From Chlorokybus atmophyticus (lineage: Eukaryota > Plantae > Mesostigma and Chlorokybus algae): a stretch of 64,000 nucleotides of DNA. Every line of letters begins with the position of its first letter. Within the stretch, counting starts at the first letter, position 1. The notes below the pieces were generated by a model. That model was given only the letters and a program-made list of their open reading frames with translations. It was not told the DNA's origin and made no database searches. A program made the position numbers and the translations under genes. This document shows, in pieces, positions 59,303 to 64,000 of this stretch. The stretch lies in the NCBI GenBank assembly GCA_009103225.1, contig RHPI01002048.1, forward strand, positions 890,529-954,528. The letters run 5' to 3'.

Positions 59303-61159
59303 ATGGGGATTATGCCGCCACCGCCGCCGCAGCCATCCGGCGGTCGTCCCATCAGCCGAGGAGGAAGCAGCGGAGCCTTGGGCAGTGTAGTGAACGCCAG
59401 CACAACCAGCACCAGCTACGGCAACACGGGCAACACCACCACAGCCCAACAGCAGGCAGCCCCACCACCGTAAGCAGGATTATTATATCAAGTGTGGACC
59501 ACCATGCTCATGGTGATGCGAGTAATTCTGTTGTTTATCATGGTACAGGAGGGCAATCCGTTTCCGTTCTTCTCTTCACAACACCGTTGCGGATGTGATG
59601 CGCGGTCGCGGTTGGTCCGAGACGGACGCGGAGCTCGAGTGGGACGTGTTCTGGGCCGACGTGGGTTGGGTCCACGAGGCCCTCGACCACGTCCACCTCG
59701 CCGACCACCAGCGCATCAACCACTTCAGAAACCACTACGAGCTCACGCGAAAGGACCTGCTGATCAAGAACCTAAAGCGAGCAGCAAAGAAACAACTCCA
59801 ACAACAACAACAACAGCAGCAGCAGAATCAGTCCTCATCCAATAACAATGACAACAGCAGCGCGTTGATGTTAGGGAGTGGGAGGTATGACTTCTTCCCT
59901 CAATCGTACGCGTTGCCGGCCGAGTACGGCATCTTTGTGGAGGAGTTCAAGAAGGTGCCTCCGGGGACGGTGTGGATCATGAAGCCCGTGGGACGAGCGC
60001 AGGGGAAGGGCATCTTCCTGTTCAACAAGCTGTCGCAGATTAGCGATTGGAAGAAGGACCACCGATGGGGACGCAATGGAGCGGACCAGCAGCAGTACCA
60101 GCAGCAGTTGCAACAGCAGCAGCGCGCCGGCCTAAACCCCGATGAAGACCAGCCAAAGGTGAGCACCATCAAGTGTTGTCGCTGGAACACGCTGCTGTGA
60201 CACGCACACACATGTGCGGGTGCGCACACACGCCTACGCATACGCACACATGCGCGTGCACATACGCAAAGGCATATGCACCGATATGTGCGCACCGTGC
60301 GGATGCATACACGCATGCATGCGCACGTGCGCATGCAGATTCACGCGCGCACACATGTTGTGCAGGTGGAGAACTACATCGTGCAGAAGTACATCAACAA
60401 CCCGTACCTGTTAGGTGGCAAGAAGTTCGACATGCGTATCTATGTGATGGTGGCTTCATACGCTCCGCTGCGAGCGTACCTGTACCGTTCCGGTTTTGCT
60501 CGTTTCAGCAACGCGCGCTTCAGCATGCGCAAGGAAGATATCGTCAATAACTACATCCACCTGACCAACTTCGCCATCCAGAAAACGGCTCCCGTGTACG
60601 ACCCCAAGATCGGCACCAAGTGGATGCTTCACTCGCTGAGACAACACTTGGCTTCACGCCACGGGGCCGCGGCTGCCAACGATGCCTTCGCGGAGATGCA
60701 GTCACTCATCGTGCGCTCGCTATTGGCCGTCGCGCCCGTCATCATCCAGGACAAGCATTGCTTTGAGGTGTATGGGTATGACATCATGCTGGATGACAAT
60801 CTCAAGCCATGGCTGCTGGAAGTCAACGCATCACCGAGTCTGTCCGCCGACACGCCCGCCGACTACGAGCTCAAGTGCGCCATGCTGGATGATGCATTCA
60901 CCATCGTCGATGTGGAGAGACGCCTGCCTGCGCATCTACCTGATCAGGTGCGTCTATCGTGTCGGTTAGTGCGCGCATGCACACTTGAGCTGTACCAAGT
61001 CTTATCCATGTGATAGTGCAGATTGGCGGCTGGGACCTGATCTGGGACCACGGCCCGGTTGTGCGGGGCGACAGGCACACTTCCCTTGCGTGCATGCTGG
61101 GCTGCCACAACGACAGGGTCAAGAACTTGAAGAAGCTGTTTATGCCCAGAAAACAATAA
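59303..61159 (+). CDS. TTLL9: Tubulin polyglutamylase TTLL9
   Basis: IRFRSSLHNTVADVMRGRGW, INHFRNHYELTRKDLLIKNLKR, WIMKPVGRAQGKGIFL, YIVQKYINNPYL..GKKFDMRIY, HLTNFAIQK, WLLEVNASPSL, GGWDLIWDHGPV; start codon inferred. Confidence 0.9.
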
Positions 61160-61588
61160 CCACCATGCTATGTTGACATGGCATGTACTGCGCTGTGCTA
61201 TGGTCACAGTCATTGATTGACTAGTTATGTTGAAGTCTTGTTGAAGTGCTGTCAGCAGCGGGCAATACGATGCGATAAGACTATATTTTTACTCTGTTGC
61301 GCGGCGGTAAGGTTCTGCATTCACAGCAGATGGCAACAATACTGGTTTAACAGTGTCCTGGCACCATCCTATCAATCCTGCAAAATTGCATTATTGTACA
61401 GACCCTACCCACTTATAAGGCTAGCGGGCAAAGACGCCAAGCTGCTGCTACTACTCACTTCTATCTCATACCGGCCGCACAGCTAACAATACTAGGCCTA
61501 ACTTTCTGCAAAATCGAGAACGAACAGCACCAATCTTTTCATTCCTGATGAAAAAGGTTGTGAAGAGGTGCCCATGTTGCACTACAGT

Positions 61589-63826
61589 TTAGTGTTCAGG
61601 CTCAGGTTCAGGTAGGGCGCTGCGCTTGCAAACTGGGCACGAGGAGTTGCTGGACAGCCAGCGGGTGATGCAATTGGTGTGGTAAAAGTGCATGCAGGGA
61701 AGGGTGAGGACTTCATCGCCGGGGGCGTACTCGGCGATGCAGACAGGGCAGGTGACGCAATCTTCAACAGCCTTGCTGGAGTGGGAGAGTGCTGCAGAGG
61801 GCAGCGCCGACAGTGCCTCAGCCGGGAGTCCCCTCTGCACACGCCCTATGCGCTCTTGCAGAGCCAGCATCTGCTCGTAGCTCATGGCGCCTGCCGCAGG
61901 GTTCATCTCCCACACTGGTGCACGACTGTGGTTCAACTGTTGTGCCCACGCCGTCGCGGCCATCAGGTGGTCGCCCCACGACACGGGAGGCCCGGGAAGA
62001 GGTACTGTTCCTCCACGCCATGCTGGGACGCTCGTCGGCTGCATTGGCTGCACTGGAGTTGCCCCAGTAACGGTATGATTGCTGTTTGGGAGCATGCCAC
62101 GGGGAAGCGAGGAGCGTGTGCCCACGCCAACACTGACATGCGCAGTGGGGAGGGGGAAGCCCGCCATGGTGGCGGGTGCCGCGCGCATGACCGTGCCGCG
62201 CTGGGCGACGCGCAGCAGGTGGACAGTCCCGCGCGGGCACAGTCCGGCCTCGCGCACACTCAACGAAAGCGATGCTTCATCAAAGAACTCCCGGCGCGGA
62301 AATGGCACCAGCAGCCCGTAATCTTCCAGCTCCTCACCTGCAGGGACGCAGCTGTCGCGCACCATTCGCATGAGGGTCTGCGGGTCAAAGGAGTGCGTGA
62401 CAGTGTCGCCATTCTCGCAACGAATACGGATGTCGGCACTGCTCTGGTCCGCAGCAGCGGCAGCAACTGTTGCCGCCAGTGAAGCGCCCGCGTAGGGTGG
62501 TGGTGGCGTTGTGGCCCTTGACGAGACACCCAAACTCCCACCGCCGCCCATACGGTTCTCTGCTGCCTCTCGCAGTTGCCTGGCTCGCTCCTCTCGTTCT
62601 CTGAAGCCATGTGCTGAGTCAGGGGCGTGCTATGACAATCGCTTCAGCAAGTATCACAAGCATGCACGCTCACCCCGTAGTTGGAGAAACATCTCCTGAC
62701 AGCAGCAGCGGCGATGGTGGTGGCGGAGGCATTGCCAGGGAGCATGCGTGATGATCTTCCACTGAAGCAGAGGCATTGGTTAACACAAGTCAAGAAATGT
62801 GCATATACGCACTGCACAAGGTACCTGAAGGCGACATACGCCGGGCAGCAGCGGCAGCGGCGACTGCGGCAAAGGCCTCGTTGTGGCGCACGGGTGGGGT
62901 TGTGGGGGAGGGCGGTTCAACAGGTGGCGACCACTGATTATTGACACTCGTGGCAGCAAACGGCGATGACCGCTGGTTTGCGGATGGGCTGCGCCGCACC
63001 GGGGATGCGAGGTTGCCGCCACTGAGGCTCCGAGCCATTGCTGGCGATGCACCTCCACCTCCTACATCTAATGCAGGCACGCGCACTGGAGATGCCTGAC
63101 CACCTACAAAAACAGTCTAACTGTCACTGCACATCCTGAGGTGTTCTATTCACAGGTGCAGATTGACTTGCGACAGAACTTGGCTTACTGAGGGGCGGCT
63201 GGCATACTGTTGCAGGTGCCTGCGTGATGCGTCCCCTTGTTGAGGCCTTCTGAACGATCAGGGTGCCCCTTGGAACCAGCTCTGCCTCACGCAGAGTGGT
63301 GCCAAGCGCCTCTTCTGTGCAGAGACAGCCCGTTAACACAAGCGTGCTAAAAACAACATCAGACAAGCTGCCATGTCTGGTAGTTACCAGTGCGGTACTC
63401 CCTACTGGAGAAGGGCACCAAGAAGCAGAGCTGCTGATCTGCAAACCAACCAACAAGTCCATCAGCATAGTCGACATGACTTTCACAGTGGCGACCTATG
63501 ACCTTCGTACCATCGCTGTTGTCATCATCTGCGCCACGGAGGGCAGCGGCTTCCTGCATGATGCGCTTGGTTTGCTCAACAAACTGCTGGCGCGCCTGCC
63601 GCAGGAGCTCCCTCTCATCATCGCCAAGCGTGGCGCCCCTGCCACGCGTGCCATTGACGCTGACCTCTTCAGGTCGCGCATTGTCACTCAAGCGTCGCCC
63701 GCGCCTCGATGCAGGCGTGGACGCCGGCGGCAGAGCGGACTCCGACGGGAAGCGGGCGTTTGCCATCTCCTGCTCCAGGTATGTCCGAACTGTCCTCAAT
63801 GTGTCATCTGCAGCACCGAACGACAT
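61589..63826 (-). CDS. Protein with two UBX-like domains and a C-terminal RING-H2 (BIG BROTHER-like); may extend beyond the window
   Basis: IRIRCENGDTVTHSFDPQT...LLVPFPRREF...VREAGLCPRGTVHL; an earlier FLVPFSSREY...TLREAELVPRGTLIV; MSYEQMLALQERIGRVQRGL; CPVCIAEY...LPCMHFYHTNCITRWLSSNSSCPVCK. Confidence 0.8.
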
Positions 63827-63881
63827 GCTGTAGTTAACAACTAACATGGGGTGGACAGCGAGTAAGCGACAGAGAGCCCAT

Positions 63882-64000
63882 GAGCGAGAACATGAGCGAG
63901 CGCGAGCGAGAGAGAGCGAGCAAGAGAGAGAGCGAGAGAGAGCATGAGCGAGCGAGAGGGGGGGGAGCGAGCAAGGGGAGAGGGCGAGAGGGGGGAGAGG
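63882..64000. repeat. Purine-rich (GA/GCGA)n low-complexity tract
   Basis: GAGCGAGAGA-type runs to the window end. Confidence 0.85.

Overview
Eukaryotic, intron-rich nuclear DNA from a green alga with a flagellated stage (LHCII gene plus the cilia genes BBS7 and TTLL9). An early-diverging streptophyte alga is plausible but is only an inference. The window has two halves. (1) About 1-35 kb is a nest of decayed transposons: two related Copia LTR elements, a CACTA-type transposase followed by PHD-finger and Ulp1 SUMO-protease exons, two related Ty3/Gypsy elements (one is a near-complete chromovirus with both LTRs, PBS, PPT and TSD), the tail of a PHD-carrying LTR element, and an intron-containing Sola-like DDD transposase pseudogene. 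That transposase lies divergently from an unknown gene, with long palindromes between them and a short intronic motif shared by both. (2) About 35.6-64 kb is a compact GC-rich host gene cluster: Lhcb, BBS7, tafazzin, an NDF5/PnsB2-like epimerase-fold protein, WDHD1/Ctf4, a DnaJ-like zinc-finger protein, LYRM7/MZM1, TTLL9 and a UBX-UBX-RING protein. The most interesting leads are a probable catalytically dead adenine-methyltransferase-like domain between gag and protease in the chromovirus, the chromatin-reader and SUMO-protease cargo of several elements, and the palindrome- and motif-marked two-gene Sola-like unit. All family assignments come from motif recognition by eye; no searches were run.
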